DNA of 64,000 nucleotides from Bacteroidetes bacterium GWF2_38_335 (GTDB lineage Bacteria; Bacteroidota; Bacteroidia; Bacteroidales; GWF2-38-335): NCBI GenBank assembly GCA_001769535.1, contig MEOH01000010.1, positions 128,414 to 192,413 of the forward strand, read 5' to 3'. Shown piece by piece: positions 37,601 to 45,145 of this stretch (position 1 is its first letter; each line of letters starts with the position of its first letter). The notes under the pieces were generated by a model. It saw only the letters and a program-made list of their open reading frames with translations, ran no database searches and was not told where the DNA came from. The position numbers and the translations under genes were made by a program.

Positions 37601-38326
37601 GGTTTCGATAAAGCTTGCAGGGACAGAAGCATTAGAGCTAAAAGCTTTGGCTCTGATAACCTTTGTAGCGTTAACATTAATCGGACCGGAATAAGCAGTG
37701 GAAGTTGTTGTTGGTGTGGTTCCGTCGAGTGTATATCTTATTGTGACACCTGCATCCGGAGAGCTGAGGACCAGCGAAATTGCTGCACCATGCAAACCCG
37801 GTGTCTGGTCGAAAATTGGTTTTGTTGCATATTCCTGCATTGCTCCGGTGTTTGCTGCATTCGGAGTGGGATTGGTAAAAACCGACCAGGTTGCAGCGCC
37901 ATCGGTTGTGCGGCCCCTTGAGTGATTTTTCTGGTTTGGCTGCATGGTAATGTTTTCAAGAATTACACCAGCAGCATTTGAAAAAACGATATGTTCAGGA
38001 TCAGTCTGGGTAAGTTTAAAATTGGTATGAAAATTTACACCCACAGCTTCGTCTCTGCCAGAAGCGTAAATAATTACCCGGCCGCCTGCCGGAATAGAAA
38101 GAGAAGGGATAGCCCATTTGGTGGGGTTTGAAGCTTTGTCACTGAGATAATAGCCGGTAATATCGGCAGCTGCAGCGCCTGAGTTATAAAGTTCAATCCA
38201 GTCTTCATATTCACCATAATTATCGGCCTGATCACTGGAATTGGCAGCACAATATTCGTTTACAACTACCTGGCAGAAGGTAAAAAAGGGAAAAAAGAGA
38301 AATATAAGCAATAACAGCTTTCGCAT
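34691..38326 (-). CDS. Secreted CotH-kinase-like protein with lamin-tail domain, chitobiase/FN3-like domain, Ig/PKD units and T9SS type B CTD
   Basis: ORF track, 1211 aa. LTD VVVNEYCAAN...DWIELYNSG...ITGYYLSD. VTIRYTLDGTTPTTTSTAYSGPINV. CotH-like IRDAYVHSLS...CIVYVNGQYWGVYEIREKVD...RYALWDMDATFGHY. CTD AIYDRWGEVVY...WDGR...GVYGFIV...GFFTLLR. Confidence 0.8.
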   Translation of the reverse strand: MRKLLLLIFLFFPFFTFCQVVVNEYCAANSSDQADNYGEYEDWIELYNSGAAAADITGYYLSDKASNPTKWAIPSLSIPAGGRVIIYASGRDEAVGVNFHTNFKLTQTDPEHIVFSNAAGVILENITMQPNQKNHSRGRTTDGAATWSVFTNPTPNAANTGAMQEYATKPIFDQTPGLHGAAISLVLSSPDAGVTIRYTLDGTTPTTTSTAYSGPINVNATKVIRAKAFSSNASVPASFIETNTYFIGTGHTMAVVSVSGDEIDDLLNGGWMEPEGAFEYFSSTQTLIDEGDGDYNKHGNDSWAYDQRGFDYVSRDQYGYNSAVHDQVFRIKDRTKFQRLIFKPAANDNYPFEDGAHIRDAYVHSLSQVGDLKMDERSFEPCIVYVNGQYWGVYEIREKVDDADFTEYYYNQDENNLQFLKTWGGTWSEYGGPQAQTDWDNLKNYILTNDMSVAANFDYVTEYYNWESLVDYVVMNSYVVCSDWLNWNTAWWRGLNPAGDKKKWRYALWDMDATFGHYINYTGIPDQSPAADPCNADNLPDPGGQGHIPILNALMNNETFRQYYVSRYIDLSNTVFSCEFMIHHLDSLINLITPEMSAQITRWGGTYATWEANVQELRDFINSRCVDLSAGMIDCYEVTGPYELTFTVQPAGSGNIKVNSIDLTSYPFTGDYYGNIDILLKATPQPGFMFDYWELSNHTVSPDQDSANVALQITTTDYIIAHFIPEFAIDLGNDTLICEGDYIVLDAGPADSYHWNDGSTAQLYYVTGPGTYSVTVTEAGATFTDAIVVTVSHASAGNDATICQGNFTTLNGSGGVSYSWTPVTGLSNPNIANPVATPLDTTTYVLTITDASGCHYSDSMTVYVLPPVQISAYANKTNICPGEEVQVLVNLSGGGGPPYTIYSIDGLMVTPPLYFYPLDTLEYILFATDACNSVNSDTIHIYTWDKPEINISADKLSGCQPLEVTFNNMEENSGDIFWWNFGDIINNYSDQASPHHTFLEAGIFDISLKITNIYGCDSSQILYDFIEVYPKPVANFSPDRDIVSVFDGDVYFENNTVGINSANWDFGDEGASELISPVHVYEDIGIYEVEVIVSTEHMCMDTASTFIQVTDEYTFWAPTAIKITSVAYNNKFYIKGNGIDATSFYMAIYDRWGEVVYETTEYDNESPELYGWDGRVKDNDYAMTGVYGFIVKYRTMRGDEFEKAGFFTLLR

Positions 38327-38434
38327 AAGTTTTATCGATAAACCATTAATTAGACGAGTACATATATATAAAGGTTGTTTATTTTATATGAAAGTTGACG
38401 AAAAAAAGCTGAAAGCTATAAGTTTTGTATATTT

Positions 38435-38463
38435 AAAAAAAAAGGATGCCGAAGCATCCCTTT
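38435..38463 (-). terminator. Rho-independent terminator (UUCG-loop hairpin) of lipoprotein paralog 1
   Basis: Minus strand reads GGATGC-TTCG-GCATCC followed by T9, about 25 nt after the stop at 38484. The hairpin is identical to the one at 39224-39251. Confidence 0.8.
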
Positions 38464-38483
38464 TATATTGGTTCAGGTAAGAA

Positions 38484-39140
38484 TTACATACTTTTTTTCA
38501 TTTCTTCGAGTTTCTCGGGAGAGATGTTAGGACATTTTTCCATTTGCTCAAAGTAAGCTTTTTTGGATTTTTCTTTAATTTCCTTATCATCTTTGTATTT
38601 GGCGTCAAGTTCTGAGGAAACTTTATTCAGTTCTTCCATCATTTCTTTCTGCTGGCAAAGCATGTTTACGTAATTCTGAAGTTCGCCCTGAGTTTCAGCG
38701 CTGATTGAATCAACTTTTACAGTTTCAACAACTTTTTTCTTTTCGTCTTTAATCAGGTAAGCTTCCAAAACACCTTTTTTGTCTTTCTTTTCTTCGATTA
38801 CAAGTCCGGTTCCTTTTTTAGTAAGGTAAGCCTGAGTTGCATTAGCTTTAAAAGCGTCAATTTCTTCAGGAGTAACAAGAGCACAACCTTTCATCAAGTC
38901 AACAAGAACGTTGATCTCAAGGAGGAGGGTAGCAGAAGTGTCATATTTTTCTTTAATACTCTGCATCTGTGTGGTAAGACCTTCCATTTCACACATAATG
39001 TCGGTAATTTTCTGAACGTCGGCTTTCAGTTCTTTGTCTTTATCTGCACCGTCGTCTTTTTTTTCTTCTTTTTTAGAATCGCAAGCAACAAAAGCGGCCA
39101 TAAATAAAACGGCCATGATTACATAAATTGTCTTTTTCAT
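38484..39140 (-). CDS. Lys/Glu-rich lipoprotein, paralog 1 of 3 (unknown family)
   Basis: ORF track, 218 aa. Lipobox FMAAFVAC then DSKKEEKKDD. Four further Cys (positions 50, 86, 162, 203). Confidence 0.75.
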   Translation of the reverse strand: MKKTIYVIMAVLFMAAFVACDSKKEEKKDDGADKDKELKADVQKITDIMCEMEGLTTQMQSIKEKYDTSATLLLEINVLVDLMKGCALVTPEEIDAFKANATQAYLTKKGTGLVIEEKKDKKGVLEAYLIKDEKKKVVETVKVDSISAETQGELQNYVNMLCQQKEMMEELNKVSSELDAKYKDDKEIKEKSKKAYFEQMEKCPNISPEKLEEMKKSM

Positions 39141-39223
39141 TTTAATATTTGTTTAAAAGTTTGCGCAAAGTAAGCTATAATTATGATACGTTATTACTGC
39201 ACAACCAATATTTTTTTTGACAT

Positions 39224-39251
39224 AAAAAAAAGGATGCCGAAGCATCCCTTT
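39224..39251 (-). terminator. Rho-independent terminator (UUCG-loop hairpin) of lipoprotein paralog 2
   Basis: Minus strand reads GGATGC-TTCG-GCATCC followed by T8, about 25 nt after the stop at 39275. Confidence 0.8.
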
Positions 39252-39274
39252 TAAAAATTCAATAATGCCGAACA

Positions 39275-39934
39275 TTATTCCATTTCTTTTTTCATTTCTT
39301 CTAATTCTTCCGGAGAAACAAATTCGCATTTTCCCATCATTTCGATAGCATATTTTTTAACTTTTGCATCTCTTTCTTTGTCATCTTTAAACTGTTCATT
39401 GAAAGCATCCAATAATTTCTGGAATTCTTCTTTCATGGTTTCCATGTTGCATTTCATGTCTGCCCATGATTGAATTTCTGTTAAAATTTCAGCAGGAATT
39501 GAATCATTCTTAACAGTTTCAATAACTTTTTTCTTTTCATCTTTAATTAAATAAGCTTCAAGAACACCTTTTTTATCTTTCTTTTCTTCCAATACCAGGC
39601 CGGTGCCTCTTTTGTTTAAATAACCAGTGATAAACCCGGTTTTTAATTCTTCAATAGATTCGGGTTTGATTTTTTCACATCCTGCAAGCAGTTCAATTGC
39701 TTTATGGAAGTAAACAAGGTTTTGGGCAGCGGTGTCATATTTCATTTGGATTTCTTTGATGTTGTCCTGGATTTTTTCCATTTCACACCTGAAATCAGCT
39801 AATTCCTGAACACCTTTTTTGAAAGCTTCATCTTTTGACGCTCCATCGTCCTTTTTTTCTTCTTTTTTAGAATCACAGGCAACGAAAGCAGCCATAAATA
39901 AAACAGCCATAATTACATAAATTGTCTTTTTCAT
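39275..39934 (-). CDS. Lys/Glu-rich lipoprotein, paralog 2 of 3
   Basis: ORF track frame trimmed to Met10 (MKKTIYVIMAVLFMAAFVAC), identical to paralog 1 over the first about 32 aa. Shares the central block GTGLV(I/L)EEKKDKKGVLEAYLIKDEKKKV(V/I)ETVK. Confidence 0.75.
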   Translation of the reverse strand: MKKTIYVIMAVLFMAAFVACDSKKEEKKDDGASKDEAFKKGVQELADFRCEMEKIQDNIKEIQMKYDTAAQNLVYFHKAIELLAGCEKIKPESIEELKTGFITGYLNKRGTGLVLEEKKDKKGVLEAYLIKDEKKKVIETVKNDSIPAEILTEIQSWADMKCNMETMKEEFQKLLDAFNEQFKDDKERDAKVKKYAIEMMGKCEFVSPEELEEMKKEME

Positions 39935-40031
39935 ATTTGTTAAGTTTAAAAGTTTGTGCAAAATAAAATAGAAAAAATGAATTTACACAATGGTGTTGGG
40001 TTTTATTTGACAGAATAATTTATAAAAGGAA

Positions 40032-40688
40032 CTACAGGTTCATTTCTTTTTTAATTTCCTCAAGTCTTTCCGGAGAAAAATTCGGGCATTTGGTCATGAA
40101 GTCAAAAAGAATTTTCTGAGATTTCTCAGAGACATTTTCATTTTTATATTTATTGTTCATTTCTTCATAAATTTTTGCTGATTGATTCAAAAGCTCCTTT
40201 TTTTGACAAAATTTTTCAACAAAAGTTGTCATTTCTGCCATTAATTCGGAAGAAATTGTATCAGCCTTTAATCTCCCGGTAATTTTATTCTGATCTTCTT
40301 TAATGATGTACTCAATATTTCCTTTCTTGTCGGTTATTCTTTCAACAATTGTTCCGGTGCCTCTTTTTTCAAGATACACTTTTCTGTTTTGCTGGATAAG
40401 AGCCTCAATTTCTTCAGGAGTGATGTAGGTGCAATTTTCAAACATTACACCCAGTTCATCAAAAATATAAAGGGCATTGTCAGATTCGCCGTGTTTATCG
40501 TAAAATGCATAAATATCATTTGTAAGTCCCTCTATTTCACAATTAATGTCTGCAATGATTTTAACATCTTCTTTTAATTCCTTATCTTTATCATCAACAG
40601 ATTCTTTTTTTTCTTCTGTTTTTGAATCACAAGATATTTGGGCTATCATAATAAGCGCTGCAAATAATAAATAAGCTATCTTTTTCAT
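40032..40688 (-). CDS. Lys/Glu-rich lipoprotein, paralog 3 of 3 (most diverged)
   Basis: ORF track, 218 aa. Lipobox MIAQISC then DSKTEEKKE. Same four-Cys pattern and the same C-terminal KCPNFSPERLEEIKKEM motif. Confidence 0.7.
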   Translation of the reverse strand: MKKIAYLLFAALIMIAQISCDSKTEEKKESVDDKDKELKEDVKIIADINCEIEGLTNDIYAFYDKHGESDNALYIFDELGVMFENCTYITPEEIEALIQQNRKVYLEKRGTGTIVERITDKKGNIEYIIKEDQNKITGRLKADTISSELMAEMTTFVEKFCQKKELLNQSAKIYEEMNNKYKNENVSEKSQKILFDFMTKCPNFSPERLEEIKKEMNL

Positions 40689-40969
40689 ATTTTATTTGTT
40701 TAAATTTGAATGCTAATTAAGAAAATAAAATCGACAAATTGTAATTCATTTCTTTTTTTTAACTAGTTTTAGATTAGATAGCAAAAAACAAAAAAGTCTG
40801 TAACCATTGACTAGTCAAAATATTATAAACTTTACCCGGTAAACAATTGTTGAAATCATGTTGACAAAATCATGAAATTGTTCAAAAAACTGTCCCGTAA
40901 TCAAATCATAAAGCCTCAATAATTGTATTTTTGTGGGTTCAAATTAAAAAAAGTAAAAACAAAAAACTG

Positions 40970-41770
40970 ATGGGAAAAGTAATTGCACTAGCAAATCAAA
41001 AAGGTGGGGTGGGAAAAACAACAACAGCCATAAATCTGGCTTCAAGTCTGGCTGTACTGGAATACAAAGTGCTGATTGTTGATGCAGATCCTCAGGCAAA
41101 TGCCACATCGGGAATAGGTTTCGATACAAAAAATATTAAAACCAGCATCTATGAAAGTCTGATTGACGGTGTTCATCCCAAAGATATTATCCTTAACAGT
41201 GAAATTGAGGGACTTGATATTCTTCCCTCTCACATAGATCTTGTTGGAGCAGAAATTGAAATGCTTAACCAGCCGAATCGCGAGAAAATGATGAAACACG
41301 TCATAGAAAAAGTGAAAGACAATTATGATTTTGTTTTGATAGACTGTTCTCCTTCACTTGGTCTGATTACTGTTAATGCCCTCACTGCTGCCGACTCGGT
41401 TATAATTCCGGTACAATGTGAATATTTTGCTCTTGAAGGACTTGGAAAATTGCTGAACACCATTAAAATAATACAGGCACGGTTGAATCCGGATCTTAAA
41501 ATTGAAGGATTCCTCCTTACAATGTACGACACCAGACTTCGTCTTTCTAACCAGGTTGTTGAGGAAGTGAAGAAACATTTCCAGCAAATGGTATTCGAAA
41601 CCATTGTACAGAGAAATGTTAAGCTAAGTGAAGCGCCAAGCTACGGATTGCCGATCGTATTGTATGATGCCGAATCAAAAGGCTCAGTAAATTATCTTAA
41701 CCTTGCACGCGAATTGCTGCAGAAAAACGAAATGACAAAAATTAGTAACGCCGAAAAAATTATCGAATAA
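40970..41770 (+). CDS. parA: Chromosome partitioning ATPase ParA/Soj
   Basis: ORF track frame trimmed to Met14 (MGKVIALANQKGGVGKTTTAINLA), a deviant Walker A motif. Confidence 0.92.
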   Translation: MGKVIALANQKGGVGKTTTAINLASSLAVLEYKVLIVDADPQANATSGIGFDTKNIKTSIYESLIDGVHPKDIILNSEIEGLDILPSHIDLVGAEIEMLNQPNREKMMKHVIEKVKDNYDFVLIDCSPSLGLITVNALTAADSVIIPVQCEYFALEGLGKLLNTIKIIQARLNPDLKIEGFLLTMYDTRLRLSNQVVEEVKKHFQQMVFETIVQRNVKLSEAPSYGLPIVLYDAESKGSVNYLNLARELLQKNEMTKISNAEKIIE

Positions 41771-41771
41771 T

Positions 41772-42647
41772 ATGGCCAAGAAACAAGCTTTGGGCAGAGG
41801 ATTGGGTGCCCTTATTGAACAGGATGTAAAAGAAGAAAGAGTTGGTTCAATTAATGAGATTGAAATTAGTAAAATTGACGCAAACCCTTATCAGCCAAGA
41901 AAAAACTTTGACGAGGAAAGTCTGCAGGAACTGGCCGACTCCATTAAAGTTCTGGGAATTATACAGCCGATAACCGTTCGTGCCACTGAAAACGACCGCT
42001 ATCAGCTGATTACCGGTGAACGCAGATTTAGGGCTTCAAAGCTGGCCGGACTGGAAAAGATTCCTGCATATGTGCGCGGAGCGGACAATCAGGGCATGCT
42101 TGAAATGGCTCTAGTTGAAAATATACAGCGCGAAGACCTTGATGCCATCGAGGTGGCCCTGAGCTACCAACGATTGATCGAGGAATGCAACCTTACTCAG
42201 GAAAATATGAGCGACCGTGTTGGAAAAAAACGATCAACCATTTCAAATTATTTGCGGTTATTGAAACTTCCTGCTGAAATTCAACTGGGAATACGCAATA
42301 AAAAAATAACCATGGGTCATGCCCGTGCCGTTGTCAATATTGAAGATCCCGAAACCCAACTCATGATTTACCAACAAATCCTGAAATATGATTTTTCAGT
42401 TAGAAAAGTTGAGGAAGTTGTAAGGGAATTAAGCGAGGTTAAAGAAGAAAAAGAAGAAAAAACAGCAAAATCTAAAATTTCACACCCCGAAGAATACGAA
42501 AAACTTGAAGAACATCTGAGTACATATTTCGAGTCAAAAGTTGAGTTCAAAAAAGGTTCCAGGGGCGCCGGAAAAATAATTATCCCTTTTAAAAATGATG
42601 ACGACCTTGAACGAATTATTGGCATCATTGACAAAATAAATAATTGA
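41772..42647 (+). CDS. parB: Chromosome partitioning protein ParB/Spo0J
   Basis: ORF track, 291 aa. NPYQPRKNFDEESLQELADSIKVLGIIQPI, GERRFRASKLAG, VENIQREDL. Starts 1 nt after the parA stop. Confidence 0.92.
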   Translation: MAKKQALGRGLGALIEQDVKEERVGSINEIEISKIDANPYQPRKNFDEESLQELADSIKVLGIIQPITVRATENDRYQLITGERRFRASKLAGLEKIPAYVRGADNQGMLEMALVENIQREDLDAIEVALSYQRLIEECNLTQENMSDRVGKKRSTISNYLRLLKLPAEIQLGIRNKKITMGHARAVVNIEDPETQLMIYQQILKYDFSVRKVEEVVRELSEVKEEKEEKTAKSKISHPEEYEKLEEHLSTYFESKVEFKKGSRGAGKIIIPFKNDDDLERIIGIIDKINN

Positions 42648-42674
42648 TTTGCGGGTTATAAGTAAAAAAACAAT

Positions 42675-43277
42675 TTGAAACAAAACTGGCTGAAATATTG
42701 TTTGCTGATAATATTGATTTCCTTTATATGGATTTCAAACGCTTCAGCAGGTTCATTTTCAGATACAACTACCGTTGCCAAAGATTCTCTCAGAACTCCC
42801 AATCCCAAGAAAGCAGCTACTTTATCTGCAATTTTTCCCGGACTTGGTCAGATTTACAACACACGCTGGCAAAGACATTGGTGGGACTCATCGCTTAAAG
42901 TCGGTATTATATATGGAGGCGGCTTTGCCCTTACCTATTTTGTCTTCTATAACAACAATGAATTTAAACGCTACAGAACCGCCTACATTTACAGAAACGA
43001 TAACGACCCACTCACCATTGACGAGTTTGCATCAGATTTTATGTATACCTCCGAAGTCCTTAAAGCCGAACGCGACAGGTGGCGCCGTTACAGGGATATG
43101 TGTTTTATCGGACTTACCGGATTATATTTTCTAAATATTGTGGAAGCCACTGTTACTTCACATTTTTTTACTTACGATATTTCCGAAGATCTATCCCTAA
43201 GGATTGAACCATCAATCAACTCTGATCCTTATACTTACAAGTATAATTACGGATTCAGAATCAGTCTGAATCTCTAA
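42675..43277 (+). CDS. DUF5683-like membrane protein (conserved partner downstream of parB in Bacteroidota)
   Basis: ORF track, 200 aa (TTG start). Motif LSAIFPGLGQIYNTRWQRHWW. Signal-like N-terminus. Confidence 0.65.
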   Translation: MKQNWLKYCLLIILISFIWISNASAGSFSDTTTVAKDSLRTPNPKKAATLSAIFPGLGQIYNTRWQRHWWDSSLKVGIIYGGGFALTYFVFYNNNEFKRYRTAYIYRNDNDPLTIDEFASDFMYTSEVLKAERDRWRRYRDMCFIGLTGLYFLNIVEATVTSHFFTYDISEDLSLRIEPSINSDPYTYKYNYGFRISLNL

Positions 43278-43307
43278 TTATATAGGAAAATACTTTGTCT
43301 TTTGAAA

Positions 43308-43430
43308 GTGGCGCTAAGAAGGCGCCAAGAACAAGGCATCTGAACATTGGCAATCAGGAGTTTACTATAGTAAATGACTGCTTGACAATGTGAGGATAAC
43401 GCAGTTATTGACGTTTTCTTAGTGCCACTA
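43308..43430. ncRNA. Candidate structured RNA or complex terminator/leader (unassigned)
   Basis: A 14-bp long-range helix: AGTGGCGCTAAGAA (43308-43321) pairs with TTCTTAGTGCCACT (43417-43430), with one G-U. It encloses an imperfect 46-nt hairpin (43346-43391, apical TTTAC-TATA-GTAAA). A competing local hairpin GGCGC-N7-GCGCC overlaps the 5' arm. No family recognised. Confidence 0.3.
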
Positions 43431-43494
43431 ATTAGCAGTTCATTATTTTTGTGTTTAAAAATAGAATATTATCTTTACAAAAAAAAAAGCGCGC

Positions 43495-45141
43495 ATGATG
43501 AATTTTGTTTTTAGGTTATCATTTGTATCTGTATTGCTTGTTCTGTTCAATGCTTCCCCATTATTGGCCCACAATAAAGACAGTCTGCTTCTTGAAAACG
43601 ACCTGATTGAGAAACAACAGCTTTGTGACAACCTCGACAGTCTGTTAAATTTATGGTATATCGACAATGCCTTTACCCAAACAGAAGCTAGTTATGACTA
43701 TACAGGCGATGAAGAAATTCCTTATTTCAGCGATTCAGTTATCATCCAGCGCCTGAATAAAATACCATCTTTTCTTAATCTCACCTATAATGAGAAAGTT
43801 AGGGAATGGATTGATCTGTACACCAAAAGAAACCGCAAACAGATTTCTGTATTGCTTGGACTTTCAAATTTTTACTTTCCGATTTTTGAAGAAATACTGG
43901 ACAAATACGACCTGCCCCTGGAACTGAAATACCTGCCGATAATCGAATCTGCTCTTAATCCACGCGCCGTTTCAAGGGCTGGAGCAACCGGTATCTGGCA
44001 ATTTATGTATACAACAGGCAAACTGTACAAGCTTGATATCAACTCTTTTATTGATGAACGCCGCGATCCCGTAAAATCAACCCACGCTGCTGCCAGATTT
44101 CTGAAAGATCTTTATACAATTTATGGTGACTGGACTCTGGTCATTGCTGCTTATAATTGTGGTCCGGGCAACGTAAACAAAGCTATTAAAAGGGCAAAAG
44201 GGAAAACCGACTACTGGGAAATTTATAATTACCTGCCACGCGAAACAAGAGGATATGTGCCTGCTTACATCGCTGCTGTATATTCAATGACCTACTATAA
44301 GGAACATAAAATTCTTCCACGGAAAATTGAATTTCCAATAGCCACCGACACCATTATGATTGACAGAAAACTGCACCTTAATCAGGTTTCTGGTGTTCTG
44401 AATATCCCTGTTGAACAGCTTCGTGATTTGAACCCGCAATATAAGAAAGACATTATTCCTTCAGTTGATTGCGCATATTCTTTAAAGCTTCCTACCGATT
44501 TTACATCTAAATTCATTGAGCTTAAAGATTCAATTTATGGATTTAAGGACAGCATTTTCTTTAAACCCTCTGCAGAATTGGTCGAGGTAACTAAAACCGC
44601 ATCTTATTCGGGAAATAACTCGTCTCAAAACTCTGGCACTACACAGTCGAAAAGTTATACCCCGACACCCCCGTCAGAAAATTCCAAAAAGCTTGTTTAC
44701 TCTGTGAAGCAAGGCGACAATCTTGGATTTATTGCCACATGGTATAATGTCTCGGTAAATCAGTTGAAAGATTGGAATAACATGTATGGAAATAATTTAC
44801 AGATCGGACAGCAGATTAATGTCTATGTTCCAAAAGAACAAGCCGAAAAATACAGTAAAATTAATGACTTGAGTTTTGACCAGAAGCAGAAAATGGTTGG
44901 AAAAACTGTTACTACCGACAATGCTGCTGATACAAAAACAAATGTTACCACAAATAAATCAAATACCTCAAAAACTACCGGAAAATATGAATATTACACT
45001 GTCAAGGCAGGGGATAATTTCTGGTCTATTTCCAAAAAATTCCCGGGCACTACCAGCGATGAGATAATGAAAATCAATGGAATAAGAGATGCGGGAAGCC
45101 TAAAAGTCGGACAGAAACTCAAAATTCGTCCTATTAAGTAA
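43495..45141 (+). CDS. mltD: Lytic murein transglycosylase (MltD-like: SLT domain plus LysM repeats)
   Basis: ORF track, 548 aa. SLT motif IIESALNPRAVSRAGATGIWQFMYTTG. LysM units YSVKQGDNLGFIATWYNVSVNQLKDWN and YYTVKAGDNFWSISKKF. Confidence 0.85.
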   Translation: MMNFVFRLSFVSVLLVLFNASPLLAHNKDSLLLENDLIEKQQLCDNLDSLLNLWYIDNAFTQTEASYDYTGDEEIPYFSDSVIIQRLNKIPSFLNLTYNEKVREWIDLYTKRNRKQISVLLGLSNFYFPIFEEILDKYDLPLELKYLPIIESALNPRAVSRAGATGIWQFMYTTGKLYKLDINSFIDERRDPVKSTHAAARFLKDLYTIYGDWTLVIAAYNCGPGNVNKAIKRAKGKTDYWEIYNYLPRETRGYVPAYIAAVYSMTYYKEHKILPRKIEFPIATDTIMIDRKLHLNQVSGVLNIPVEQLRDLNPQYKKDIIPSVDCAYSLKLPTDFTSKFIELKDSIYGFKDSIFFKPSAELVEVTKTASYSGNNSSQNSGTTQSKSYTPTPPSENSKKLVYSVKQGDNLGFIATWYNVSVNQLKDWNNMYGNNLQIGQQINVYVPKEQAEKYSKINDLSFDQKQKMVGKTVTTDNAADTKTNVTTNKSNTSKTTGKYEYYTVKAGDNFWSISKKFPGTTSDEIMKINGIRDAGSLKVGQKLKIRPIK

Positions 45142-45145
45142 TTTT

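Noticed and set aside
40926-40933. Bacteroidota -7 promoter motif TAnnTTTG upstream of parA (TATTTTTG), and likewise TACTTTTG at 57839-57846 upstream of bTHX.
   Set aside because: No -33 TTTG partner lies at the expected spacing. A motif with six fixed bases is expected often by chance in AT-rich DNA. The evidence is too weak to annotate as promoters.
40689-40969. oriC or parS near parA-parB.
   Set aside because: I found no cluster of TTATCCACA-like DnaA boxes and no TGTTTCACGTGAAACA-like parS in or near the par genes. Only isolated partial matches occur elsewhere.
43308-43430. SRP (4.5S) RNA, because of its size and long terminal helix.
   Set aside because: The apical loop is TATA rather than GNRA. 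The conserved domain-IV motifs (5' ..CAGG.. and 3' ..AGCAGC.. around a GGAA loop) are not present in the right order on either strand.
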